A DNA stretch of 64,000 nucleotides from Tubiluchus corallicola (taxonomy: Eukaryota > Animalia > Priapulida), in the NCBI GenBank assembly GCA_030141605.1, contig JAQGDQ010000024.1:124001-188000 (forward strand). The letters run 5' to 3'. The position numbers and the translations under genes were made by a program. How positions within the stretch are numbered: the stretch's first letter is position 1; each line of letters starts with the position of its first letter. A model generated the notes under the pieces. That model saw only the letters and a program-made list of their open reading frames with translations, searched no databases and was not told the origin of the DNA. Shown here piece after piece: positions 12,901 through 26,229 of the stretch.

Positions 12901-15318
12901 TTGAATATAACTACTTACTTATTCTTGTTATTGCACTGAAACATGTTCATAGCTTCACTAAACTGCTGAGCTAGGGTTCGATTCAACAACAAACAGGCTA
13001 CATGCGATAAGTGAGTATAGTTCGTCAAAAAAAAAAACTTTTTATAAGTGAACAAACTTGACATGAGATATGAACTGACTGCACTTACTAAATTTTTCCT
13101 TTTTACTTAATACCCTGTTAGAAAAGAAAGTTAAAATGGCCATTAATTCTATGGTATTTGCCATCATTTACAAAATTTGAGACCATAATAAATTCAAAAT
13201 CTGTGTTGGTTTCATTACATCTCAGATACAAGTTGCTAAAAATTATATGTATCGTGTAGCCATGTTTCAACAATTTGCTTGGTTTCCTTCTGATCTCCCA
13301 TGGGTGTTACCTAGCAGTAGCTGTACGGTCCAAAAGCTAGGTTAAAATATAAATGTAAAGTTTGTCATTAGTACACGAAGATGCTCTTAATTTTTGAAAA
13401 ATTATCTCAGAAATGAGAAAGCTTCAGCTGAGAAATTTTGGAGAAATGTGCCATAGTTTCATAAAATAAACATTGCAAAAAGATTTTTAATACAGCAGGA
13501 CAGGAAACATCAAGTTTTTTTTAAAACAAAAGATAAGCTAAAAGTTGCAAAAAATAAGCAAGCAAAGGATTGTCTTTACAAAAAATCATTTTCTGGTTGG
13601 ATAATATTGATACAAAAAATTTTAGTGAGGATGTTCTCATTGATTGAACCTGTACCCTGAGGACTATTAGCCTGCTATAAATATTTCTACAGTAGTATCA
13701 AACAATATTTATAAAAGATTACCTAATCTATTCTATGCAAAGATCTTACGTATAAGGTAACATTTCTCATTGTACAGTATCACAAACCGACAGTTGTGAA
13801 TATAATGAGCAAAGCCAAGTATGAAAGTCGATGAGATAACAGGGAAAGAGTTAATGTATGCTTTTACACTGAGAAATACAAGATAAATTGACGTTAAAAT
13901 GTATTCCTACTACATAAAACTTTAACTAATATGACTGCAATACAAAACACTATCACAATGTTTGGCACAATTACACTAGGCAGAAATTGCAGCTTTATAC
14001 ATATTATGTTTAGGCTCATCTACGATTGGAAATAGCTGAATTTTTGTGAAAAGGCCATATTAAAATTTATTAATCTATGCTTCCACTTTTAGTAATCTTT
14101 CAAATCTTTCAAGTTTTTCATAAAAAATGCTGTTTGTTTTCGAAATTTGCAAAATGATGAATTTCAGAAACATGAAATCTAAGCTGCATGTCAGATAGAC
14201 TTTATTTCCGCACAAACAGTCAAATACGTACAATGCAAGGTTGCCACACAAGTGTAAACTTTACACAGATAAGCGTGACATTTGCTCTCTAAACAAAACT
14301 CATTGTTTGGCAGAATGTATCATGAATGCAGCCAGGTTGCACCCGCTGTTGCTGATATGTAAAAGTAGCGTGAAAAGTAGGCAAAAAGCAAATGTGAAGA
14401 AACTCTGAAAATAGCCATTACATTTGCAAAATGAGACTTTTATCATGTAGATAGTGTTTGGCACCACTAATTTCAGATCAAAACTGCCTTACTGTTAGGA
14501 ATATGTGATAAATAAAATAAAAGAGAAATAATAACAGGCAAGATGCATTAATGCAATTTGTAACAGACACTTGTGTGTGCATGGATAAAGTATATCCAGG
14601 ATTGCAATTTTTAGCTAAACTAATCATTTTTGGGAGTAGGCCTGACGAAAAATTAACATTATGCTTTAGCACAGATACAGAGAGACAAGTGAACAATAAT
14701 GGATGACTAGTGGAAAGGCTAGGCCACACTGTGCAATTATTTCATTTCTGTAATTGCAAATTGCAGGAAAAACAGAACACAAGGCTGAGTTGGTCTATTA
14801 CTATGTGTTTAAATACTGCTGCTCCACCGAAAAATACTATGATATTGACATAAACCCTACATATTATATAGAGCAGATAATAATAATTGAGCTCATTTAA
14901 TCTAGCATAGTTTACAAACTATAATTAATATTGCATCTTATGTACATGCAAAACTGGCCTATGGTACATTTACAATACACGTAATACCTCTGTATCTCAA
15001 TGCTTACATGAATTAAGTAGTGCAACTACAAAAGTTTTACAGCTAGTACTAATCACTCAGTATCAGAACTGAATTTAATGAGACTCCATATAATTTCTCG
15101 AATTTATAAGTTTCAACTGAGGAACTAGATTTTTTTCACCATCTGCATGCCAACTTAATGCTAAGATAAATAATTATATTTCACAAATAATTTGATTGGA
15201 AAATAGGATAGCAAGCAAGCTTAAGATATTACTTAATTCTAACTAAATCTTATTTGTGATAGTTAAAAGAGTTAAATCGGTTAGTAATTATTACGTTTTT
15301 TTTAAAAAAGTGATGCAA

Positions 15319-18300
15319 TCAAATGCTCCACACCTGCACCTTTTCTACAATTACGCACCAGTTTGCATGATCATAGTAGCTCTTTGTAATATGCAAGTTG
15401 TCAACGTGCTTCTCTATGAGGTCCTCAAGTTCACCTTTCCTAAACACATGATAGTATCGGTGAAATGTTGACTGATGTGGCGGATAACCAGGAACACTGG
15501 GAACAGTGGATTGAATGCTTGCAACAGGTGCAGCCTGTGCAAAATTTTTGGGTTTTACCGGATGGTGGGGACATAAAGACGACGGTGTTTTTGTATCTTC
15601 CACGAACACACTATCAAGATCTTCCTCTTTGGTTTCTGATCCAAGTGGATTTTCAATAACTGTTGCAGAAGAATCTTCAGAAGAAAGACTCTCTGATTTG
15701 AAGCTGCGTGTTTGGCTTAACTGAGCCTCCATGGCTGCAAAGTCGAAAGTTTCTATATCCTCTGGAATACGGAAGCTGCTGAGAAAGTCGCTCATGCCTT
15801 CTTCCAAGTCAAAGTCACCGTCCTCATCTGAATCACTGAAATATATTTCGGTAAAATCAGGATAAATGCAAGGAAAAGTGGGCGTACATTCGCCGCGAGT
15901 ACCAACTCCACCCACCGCACCAAGGTGTGAATCATCATCATCAGCTGCAGTTAGCGTATAAAAGGACATATCACCAGGAGGAGGAGAAGTGAGAAAGCTT
16001 GCTTTCGAAAGCGGAGGTGTCAAAGGCGCTGTAATCACCGTTTCATCACTATCACTAGACGACGAACCACCGGAATCTCGTTGCTCTTCAAAAAATACAT
16101 TTTCCCGTGTACTATCTACAGAAGTTACTGGCACTACTGGAATAATTGTATAGGCACTGGAGCTAGATAAAAGACTAGAATCAGAATTATCACTAGAAGG
16201 TACTGCAGTGGTACCAGTTTCAGTACTAACAATACTTGGCTGACTAGCATTTGATTCCGGACTTCCTGCACCGTTATTATCTGCTTCTTCAATTACATCA
16301 AGCGGACGCTGTGGCACGTGATCGGCATCCTTGTCCGGTCGACTAGAATCAGACATATCTGCGCTGATACCACTGTCATGACTTTCATTACTAGAATTAC
16401 TTGTCAGACTCGTGTTGCTTGTCACTGTCAATAAATGCTGCACTCTGTACTTGTGTAGAGGCTTAACTAAAGCTGCCGTTTCCACTTCCTCAAGCGAGGA
16501 GAGACTGTCGTCTCCTTTCTGTGGAAAACCTGACTTAAGAGCTGCCTTACGTTCAAACGTCTGTAATAACTCTTCTGCACTCTGGCACTTTTCTGATTGA
16601 ATATTAGCATGGTGAACAATAATACTACCCAATACTTCGGCACTTTTGTACTTAGGAGACATTTTCTCTTCTACAGTTTCCTCTACTGATTTGTTAACTA
16701 AATCAGGTGAACTAATAGTAAGCTCTGGCATAGCATCGGAATGGCTTCGCTTATGAAGTCCAACATAGCTATCATAGACGCTAGAACCGTTACCGAACAA
16801 ATCAACTTGTGAATTGTCATCTTGTTTAGACTTAATGTATTGCTCATCGAGAGATAACTGACTAGGAGAGCCGACTAAGCTACTACGAGGAAATTCTCTC
16901 ACTTCAAAAATGCGTCCTGTTATTTCAGCGTCCAAAAACTCGCGACACTGAGACTCGAAAGACATTACCATTTCATCTGGTAGATCAATAACAGAGGACC
17001 GGTCACTAGTGCTAGCTTTGTCGGCCGATCGTAGGCGAAACATGTCGGCCAAACTGCGAGAGTTGAAACACAGTAATACGCTCTGTTTGATAGCTGAAAC
17101 ACGACTGTACTTTTTCTCGCACTCTCCAGCTGTATCACCTTCTACATCTGAGTCAATTAAACCCAGCCTTTGCTGAGATTCGGAACCCTGAGCTGCTAGA
17201 GTTTGCTGTTTCAGTTTTTCCTTGATTACATGAGCAGCCGTAGCAGCAAGCACTGCGTAACGATTGCACTCATTGTCCTCATCAGATTTCTCACTATTAT
17301 TGGTGGATATACTACCCTCTTCTTTGTGCCCTTCAAACTCCTCTGATTTGCTGTGATGAAGGAGTACCTTAGGAGAATCCAGATTCTGGTCGTCATCACT
17401 GATTGAGCTAGAATTGGAACAGTTCTTCTCCTTTTTGGCTACCAAACAGAAAAATAAGCATTATTATAGCAGCAGTTATAAGCCAGGCAAAGCAGTGATG
17501 CAATGCATGAAAAAATATAATCAAACCTGCAAATTCTTCAACACCACTGCACACATCAATGTACAGAACATCAAATAATAGATGGCAACACTAATAATAT
17601 TCGGTAACTGTTGCATTTGAGACTTTTGTTCTAAGAGATCGAAATTTGCCTGTGCTTGGTGGCATTGGTAAAGATAAAGGTCCCAAAAATTCATTATTAC
17701 AGGAATTTCTCTAAAAAAATCACCAATCATTAGTAGGACACTACAGGACTACTTGCACAAATGTGTACCAGGACCATGGCCAGGCCCGACAATAAAGCGC
17801 TGTAAAAATTAGTTGTGTCAGTAAAAGCTATCTCCAGATTTAAGCCTACATATGTATTGTTTACAGCAATTAGATAAATAAATTCGTACAATGAATTTGA
17901 GCACAATAGTGAAAATACAAGGGTGCCAAGGGATTAGAAAGTACAATTCGTATAATAACCAGACCCATAATAACTGCAAAAATCCCAAAATTTTTGTCAT
18001 AATACTTCTTCAAGTTGCAAACTTGCAACACATAAATGAAAAACAAATATCTATTGCACAAATAACTCAACATTATGTACACAGGCTGATTCCTCAAATT
18101 TTCTGTCTACTGATTGCAATAAACTTCTGTCTGGCTTAATACTTGACTAACCATCCAAATGCACAATATATACCTGCTTTGCGTGCTACACTTTGGTGGC
18201 TTTCCCGACTCTGTTCAACTCCAGATTGACCATCAGGAGCAGTTATTATAGTCTTGATAGCTGGCTGAGCCTTGCTAGGTGATTCTGGGCATGACTCTTG

Positions 18301-21300
18301 CAATATATGATATGGAACCAACACATCTTGTCCACCAAACTTAAAAACAGAAAAAATTCATATCTATTAGAGTCATTTAAACATAAATTCTAATACGAGT
18401 ATCAAATTACAAATGTTTAATTAACACTTAAGGAAGTTGATTTTTTTAAATAAATAGAAATTCTCCCATGCACCTGTGTTTCATTGATGCCCCAAAAAAT
18501 CTGATGGTATCAACTTTTATACATATTTTTTCTGAATGTTCATTATAACATTGAGCTGCCTAATATCAGTCTGAAAATCTTTATACACATTTACTGTAAC
18601 AAGTCAATGCACATTTCCTGGAGCAACTATATGTCTGCAAATTTTTCTGTCCATGATCTGCGTCGTCTGTCTGGGTGGGATGTTCTCCTTAAACCACGCC
18701 TTGAAACATACGATAACATTACACCAATATGAGATGCGTCAGGTAGTCTGACGTACATTGCATCTCCAAACTGCATATGCAACTTGTGGATTTCACAACT
18801 CTCTCAGAAAACTTAGCAAAATGTGTATTTGTAATATTTCATCCACATACATATTTTTTTAATTTGTTAATTAATTTTATTTACTAACTCTCTTTTCTCA
18901 ATTACTGTGGTGCAACTAACTTTAAGGATTCTTTTATGTCTGTAATGAAAAAACTGAATCGATAAAAGTTGTTCAGTTGCTTCAACATGTTTTAAAAGTT
19001 TTGTTCTGTTTTACTTTTTTCAGCAACAGCCAGTGGCGTGCTCATGTATAAGCACTGAGGAACTGCAGCACCCCCTATTTTCAATTGATGTGATCGAGAA
19101 CATTCAATATAATGAGCCTTGTTTCTTTAATCCTTTCTTTATACTTGTACATTATACAATCCTAAGCTTAATGTCGGTAGCCATTCCCTAGTTCATGAAA
19201 AAATTACAAAAATTCTTATATGTAACTGTGCACTTTAGGTAGAGACAGCACTGTCGCTCATGCAGTGCCGACCCTACTGTGCAAGTGTAAGGTAGTGTTT
19301 CTTTCTAACTAAATTTCCTTTTTATATGTTCATTTCGTTTTACACAATATTAAAACAATGGCTAAAAATTTTCTGAAACAGCATCCCTCTAATTTTGACT
19401 ATATAAGCCACCACTGGAAACAACTAAGTGGGTTTTGTTTTTTCCAGTGGAAAGAGTAAAACCAAATTGTGTAGGATGGATAATAATGTTAGCATTATTA
19501 TGTTTCTGATGTGAATACAATTCCACAAGGATTATAAAGCTTAGCATTGGTAAATAGATATTTATTGTTTAAGAAAATAATAAATGCAAAGTTAAGTCTG
19601 CTAACAATAAGAAGCACTCTTACTCATTCATTAAGAACTCAGTGGTAATAGAAAAGAAAATTAAATTATTCCCTCTAAAATGTAGAAGATAAGGCGACTA
19701 CAACTTTTAGAGTTTTTGAAATTTGTTTAGCACAAGGAATTCAAGTTAAGAAAGTAATGAATTTAATGTAATGACCTTGTTAGCCTTACTGAACTTAATC
19801 AATGCTCACTGTTTACTTTTCTTTGGTCTAAAAAGTCATAAAACCTGTTAATTTGTCTAAAATAGTGTACAAACTACAAACAAAGTACGTCACTGCATGT
19901 ATGTAAGATACTGACAACTACCAAACAGAATAAAAAGTTACACTGATACTGTGAGACAAGACGAACTGTAATCAAAGGTTGAGTGGTTAAAAAAGATTAG
20001 GCATGTTGTTATATTCATATGTAATTAGGCTATTAGGGAGATTCAAACTGATTACACAGGTTCTAAAAGATTCAAGAAATTAAGATTGACACTATCTTCC
20101 AGTAATATGAAGACAAACTTCATAAGTGGGCAGGTTGCAAGTTAACACCCCCAAAGAATTCCACTGAAAGAAATGGCAACAGGGAATCCTTTACTTAACG
20201 CTCGTCTACTTCTATAATGGTTCTACAATTCTAGTAACTGGATATGGTAATTAACGTCACAGAACTTTTAGAATGGAAATCCACCTCTATTCGGTTGCCA
20301 GTAGATCCATAAAACAATCAATGCACGGTTTTGCAGCACGGCTAACATGCAGCTACGATTCTATGACATTTTGGTTGCATACTAAACTAGTCACAGTTAC
20401 TGCACATTAGAAAAGAAACCACTATGCGAAGCCCAGCCTGCTGATATTGACAGGCTGCATTGTACTCAGCTGCTGTTCCCTCGTTGGTAAAATATTCATA
20501 AGGCAAGCTAGCTTTCCTGGATGCCCACATTTGACTATTGGATTCTGTACTTATCTATATTTGGCATCACGCAGGCCTCTCTAGTAATTATGGTACCAGA
20601 ATCACCTCAAATACAATGTCTATTCTTCTTTGAGCTTCAAACCAAAAAAGCATATACACTTATTCACTACCACAGACCAACTAAAATATTAAAAGTAGAG
20701 AAACTCAGAGGAGAGGGAAATAGAAAGAGATAGAGAAGAAATGAAAGGAAGAAGTGAGAGAGAAACAGGAGCGAGGAAGAGAGAGAACAAAGAAGAAACT
20801 GCTATATGGGAATTTTGGAAAACTACCGTTCAAAGTCGGAATTTTTAATGAAAACAATGGCCAGAAAGGCACCATACAAGTGCTTCAATAGCATTAATAA
20901 ATACTTTTCAGCAAACCTGGCAATGATGGCATTCAGCTAAGTTATTAGAATCATATCAAAATTTCACATACGCAAAATTTGTTGAAACCATGTCATAGCA
21001 AAAAAAAAATTACATGTATATATACATACTATACATTCAGTTTTTTTGCTAAAACATGCCTTGGTTTCAACTAATTTTTATATATGTGGTAATTTTGACA
21101 CTTTTTAATACATATAAATATTACATCATATAGCTTTACATTAACTGAAGCGTGATAATAGAACCACACTAGCCACTACATATATTGTATATACTGTTAG
21201 GTAACCTCTAAAGTTATGAGTCCCAATTCTCAAGCAGTATCTCAGGCAAACATCCACTAAGCCTCATGTCCATCAAGCGCTAGGGCTCATATTAGTAACA

Positions 21301-24300
21301 AACAAAAAACAATAGGTCCTGCGTCATCTGTTCAACAATAAAATTAATGCTTTCAAATTCCACACCTTTCTCAAGCTCGTGCAGCTACCTCAGGGCAATT
21401 AATAACATAATAGCGTTTTGTATGAGGCAAGCTCGGATGCTGCAATATCGTAAATGTCAGTATGACGTCAATAGGAGCTGGGCTCAAGTGCTGCGGGTTA
21501 TTAATAATTTCTACTATGTACAACTGCTGCGTCATACTTGCCCATAATATCCGCTTAATCTGTTTTGCAAGCTATTCTTGGATAATGATTACGACACTTG
21601 GATGAGAATGCACATTATGGCAGTTTGCTAGAAACTAGGAGGAGATTTTATTGGTTTAATAAAAATGTGACAGGGGGGATTTAAAACAATATCCAGAGCA
21701 GCATTGGATCTTAAAGAATAAACACTTGGCTGCATATAAATGTCTAGCACAAACAGACAGAAGGTTTGCATTTGCATTTCTAAATTCAAAGTTTTATGAT
21801 GGTGGAGATAGTAATGACGACAATAATGTAGCTAGTTTAAGTAAAGTGAATGACCGCATGGTTGTAATATATGCTCAACAACATAAGATACATAACATCA
21901 AAGGCTGTCAGTAGATGGATGGGTGACCACCCACTTTGATACTCATTTTGGGCAGTTTTATTCACCATACTGATTGTGGCTGTAGAAAGGATGCATCCAT
22001 AATCCATATATCAGTACATGAGTAAAACATTGTAGCTGGTTCCACATGTGTAAGACTCATCTCAAGGAATTGGTTATATACATAATGACCTAGGTTCTGC
22101 CACAGCCACATCACAACCAACCAATATTAAGAAAGCTAGATTCCAGATTGCAGTATATTAAGCTGTATCAATTTCAACAACAAAAATATGTAAAGGAAGT
22201 GATGGAAAATAAGGACAAACATGAAATTTTAAGAAAGACATTAGAACAATGTTGTGCAGCCAAGACTCGTATGAGGCATTACCTGGATAACATTTTATCT
22301 CTAGCTGATTACAGTTGAGCTGTTTACAGTGCACCTGCACATCAGAAAAAATCACTTGGTGCTTACAAAATAATGAATCTGTTGCTTACATCTCATCTAT
22401 TGTACTCAAAAAACATTTCTGGTATATCAGACGAAGACAAGATTCGCTTTACTCAGTGCAGGTTATCTGTTCACAGACTTCTTGTAGAAACTTGAAGTTG
22501 AAGGCAGATCTTAAAACACGCACGATTATGTGACTGTGTACTGGGCATTAATGCTGCTGTACAAGACGAAGAACACGTGCTGTGTCATTGTAAAACTGTT
22601 TTTGTCTGAAACAAGACCATTTTTAACAATATTAAAAGGACTCTTTATCTTCACTCACTAGGAAGGTTTACATTTGCATTTCTAAATTCAAAATTTTATG
22701 AAGGTGTAGATGGTAACGATGACAATAAGGTAGAGTTTTATTTAAGCAAAGTGAATAGCTGCAAGGTTGCGGCATATGCTCAACGATCGAAAGTAAATAA
22801 CATCAAAGGTTGTCAGCAAATGGATGGACACCAAGCTAGTAGCCATTAACTTTGTGTCTGGTTGTTTCAAGTTGTTTTAATTGTTAACTGATCAATTGAA
22901 TACTGTTTTTTTGGACTAATTTTCTCTTTGTTAAGTTTTTTCCCTGTATAATTGTAAAAATCTAATCTGTAAATCTAATCTATAAAAATAAAATGATAGC
23001 AACAAGAACAATAAAGATGACAATGAAGATAATGATGATGAAGATGGAGATGATAGTGATAGTGACAATGACCATAATAATGCTGATAACAATAAACAAA
23101 CTGATAGGGTTCACAATGAAGGTCTGAGAAAGCAGAACATGGAAATACGCATTAAAACTGGCAAAATGAAAAAGTAGGCTTCAGAAGCTCACCCAAGAGT
23201 CAGATAAGTGAAATGCTCACAACAAAGGGCATTGTAGTTTTAGTGTGGAGCTTAGAAGCTGATCCTGTCCCAAAACCAAAAAAGTAACTAGTAAAACTGA
23301 ATGTACATGGTCTATGTGAGATGAATAATACGTACAAAAACAGGGCTAGAAAAAATATACCGAATTCAGTTTTTTGAGCATGTTGAACTGGGTACTTCTT
23401 TCCAACTATTTGAGTTACTAATTTAATTTTGTATTTAGCACTTGTGTCTCTATTGCAGTACAGGTATATCAAAAAATCTGTGCTTAATTTAAGTAAGCAA
23501 GTAAGGCCACCGTCCAAGTAAACAATGTTTTGTGGCCGGTTTGTTAGTTGTTGCAGTTATTTGTAGCAAAGAGCACATATTAAGTCACCTTACCTTTCGA
23601 TGTTTTTGTTCCAAAGACCAGACGTAAATCAAAGCTCTTCCTCCAACTGCCAGCACTCTAGCTATCTCTCTAAGAGCCTCAACACGACGCTTTCTCGAAG
23701 AGAAATGGTGTATGACAGACACCGACAGAACTGCATCAAAGCATCCATCTCGGAATGGCAGAGACAAGTTATCACCAAGTGCCACTTGATGGCCACGACC
23801 ACGGGCAATGACGGTCATGTTAACACAACGATCACATCCTACAGAGTACGAGTTGGGGCTCACCTTCAAATATTTGCCGTCACCGCAACCTAAAACCGCA
23901 CAGACAAAATGAAATATTGTAATTTCCCTGGAAGTTGACTAAAAACAGAATTAGTACTTGAAAAAAGTCTGCTGATTTCTTACCCGCTCAATTTGACCGC
24001 ACATCAGTCAGGTGCTAAATAAAAGAACACAGGAAGTGCTTTTACTGACGAATCTTAAAAGTATGAAAACCCGGGAGACAAAATTAACTTAAGTTATTTA
24101 TTTTTGCTATTTTTGGAGAATTTTTATTTAGATTGATTTGCCTTGGTTAACACAACTTCACGTCTTCATATTTGTCGTAAAAGCAAGAAGCCCCAAGGAG
24201 CAGCCCTACTTAGTGTTATAAAGAGGTTAACAGAAACCATTTTCTGATGGAAATCAACCACTGTGAGCCTTTCAAAGCATTTAGCAGCCTTACAAGATGC

Positions 24301-25181
24301 CGTAATAGGACCACTGACTATTGCCAGTTCACTTCTGGTGTTGCAAATGGCAATTTAATGTATTGTTTACAGCACATCGTAGTGTTATCCACGCTTTATT
24401 ACTACCCATTACCTGCACATATAAATGCCGCGAGGCGTTAACGTCTGTTCTGTTAATGTTAGAGCTCGGGAGCTCATAAATACACAATAATTTAAGTTAG
24501 GATGTGGAAAGTATAACAGCAAAGTAGAAACCTATCAGAGATAAATTTATAAATGGATATACATCACACATGCAAGAACAGTATTTTTGAAATGCTGTTT
24601 ATACACACAATCGCTCAAAAGAATGATGTCAAGCAGTTCTTAGTGTAGCAGCTTATTTGTTCTTATTATTGTTCTTCTTTCTCTTCTTTTAGCATTTAAT
24701 TTATCTTGTTTGTTTAAATTTTTCACAGTTAGCTTAGACCATAGGCCTAAGTATTTGTATGTGTTTCATTTAAAGTTCTAAACTGTGGTCTTTAGATAGT
24801 CATTACAAGTCTAAGAACTACGTATTAGTAAATTAGTAGGTGTACTAAAAATATTTCATAAAGTTAATTTATATAACTTCAATATCAGGCTACAAACCTT
24901 GTTAGTTATAATTTTATTTAATAAACACTAACACTTGTTCAAACAGTTTTTAAGTCTTTCATAATAAAAGTGTCTCTAGTTTCTACAAAAATAACAGTAA
25001 TACTATACTGACCGATGTCAGCCACCAGAGACCCGGGTTCTTGATCTTCAAGAAACTGTCGAATTTTGGGCCACGTCCGATACTTTCTAACACTAATACG
25101 GCGAGCTATCCTTTCATATACATTATGCACATGAACTTTTTCCAGCAGCCTCATACGTTCATCACGGTTAGGCTCAGCCAT
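15319..25181 (-). CDS. TRMT9B: Probable tRNA methyltransferase 9B (KIAA1456/TRM9L), about 916 aa, 4 coding exons
   Basis: Coding exons 25181-25013, 23889-23594, 18339-18174, 17438-15319 (TGA). Motifs [22 protein letters not shown] motif [31 protein letters not shown] and C-terminal [12 protein letters not shown]...YYDHANWC. No RRM/AlkB domains, so not ALKBH8. Confidence 0.92.
18660..18765 (-). mobile_element. Possible RTE-like LINE C-terminal fragment
   Basis: Minus-strand translation VRLPDASH...[20 protein letters not shown] resembles the RLP...GRPR.W tail of RTE ORFs; weak similarity judged by eye. Confidence 0.25.
19031..19416. mobile_element. hAT-like MITE
   Basis: Termini CAGTGGCG ... 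CCACCACTG; internal repeat CAGCAcCCC..ATTTT; 8-bp flanks GCAACAGC/GAAACAAC (6/8) consistent with a decayed TSD. Confidence 0.6.
20941..21112. repeat. Imperfect palindrome/foldback (about 170 bp)
   Basis: TCAAAATT..CACATA..AAAATT.GTTGAAACCA...TAGCAAAAAA mirrored by TTTTTTGCTA...TGGTTTCAAC.AATTTT..TATGTG..AATTTTGA. Confidence 0.6.
21760..22827 (+). repeat. Two diverged copies of an about 165-bp direct repeat (21760-21922 and 22662-22827)
   Basis: Both start GAAGGTTT.CATTTGCATTTCTAAATTCAAA.TTTTATGA and end TAACATCAAAGG.TGTCAG.A.ATGGATGG. Confidence 0.8.
23017..23092. repeat. Degenerate (GAT/AAT)n trinucleotide repeat
   Basis: gatgacaatgaagataatgatgatgaagatggagatgatagtgatagtgacaatgac... Confidence 0.6.
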
Positions 25182-26195
25182 ACTTGTCAACACAGTCCAA
25201 CAGATCACATTTTATGTCACTGAACTGCACATTCACAAAGGAAAGCAATGCTGCCACAGCCGTCTATGAGAATCATACCGTAATCCACAGCCCTCCATTA
25301 CCTGAAAAAAACAATTTAGACGTCCAAATTAATCTACACTGATGCTGACCAATTAGGCATCTTAACTGCGCAGCTCTGGTAACATCCGGTAACATCTATT
25401 TAATTGCACTTTCAACATGGAGATGTCAACAAACTTAAAACTTTTCAACTTTTCCTGATTTATTACAGTGTGTTATTATAAGAGCACAAAAGTGTCTGAA
25501 AAATGAAACTGTGACCTCGGTTTATAAATACTAAGCTACATGTCACCTACGGCAGTGCAGCACCAGCCTCTCCACCACTTAACTAGATGGCAAGCTGAAG
25601 GCATAAAACATCAAGCTGCACAAGAAATTTCACGGCTTAGTTCCATACTCTGTAAAGCCAGCATAGGAATCAATCAATAAAAGTGAAACTACATGAAGAT
25701 TCTGAGCAGTAAGTATATTGATGGATCACGGTTTCCTCGTGGTGTAGAACGCATAGCGCGCACATTTGTTGGCTGAATGAATGGCCAGCCTGCTTGATTA
25801 CAAGAAAACCAATAGTAATGGAGAAAAATGTTTTCAGGGTTGCATACATGTACAGGCATTTTCAGGCACATAAGCTTTTATACAATTCAATGCTATTGAT
25901 TGATAACATACTACAAACAGTTTCAATACAAGAAGCTGGTATGTGCCACAAATTAATGTATTCATGTACACATAAAATTTTTTACTAATCTGGTCAATTT
26001 GGCCTATTTTATGTCTGTTACTCTGTTCAAATGACCTTTGTCTGCTGTGACCTTCAAATTCTTGTTGGATTTGAACCAAGTGACACAACTGAACTCATCT
26101 CCTTGTCCCGAAGTTCGAAAAAATTATTCCACAATTTGGACAATGGAGATACGTAAGATGCAAGTGCCGCTGCCTTATCTGCCAGAAAGTGACAG

Positions 26196-26229
26196 CACAC
26201 ACGCACGCATGCACGCACACGCACACACA
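26196..26229. repeat. (CA)/(CACG) microsatellite
   Basis: cacacacgcacgcatgcacgcacacgcacacaca. Confidence 0.75.

Noticed and set aside
12974-12985. B-box-like GGTTCGATTC suggesting a tRNA gene
   Set aside because: No matching A box or cloverleaf.
15253-15321. Stop-codon readthrough of the TRMT9B TGA (about 22 open codons follow)
   Set aside because: Context TGA-TTG is not a leaky motif, the extension looks like AT-rich UTR, and the protein already ends at a family-typical VQVWSI.
15319-17445. 708-aa ORF as an independent novel gene
   Set aside because: It is the last exon of TRMT9B (acceptor at 17438, phase matches); the listed start is an intronic TTG.
20120-20420. Possible Penelope GIY-YIG relic
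   Set aside because: Only scattered residues across frames with stops; not supportable without a profile search.
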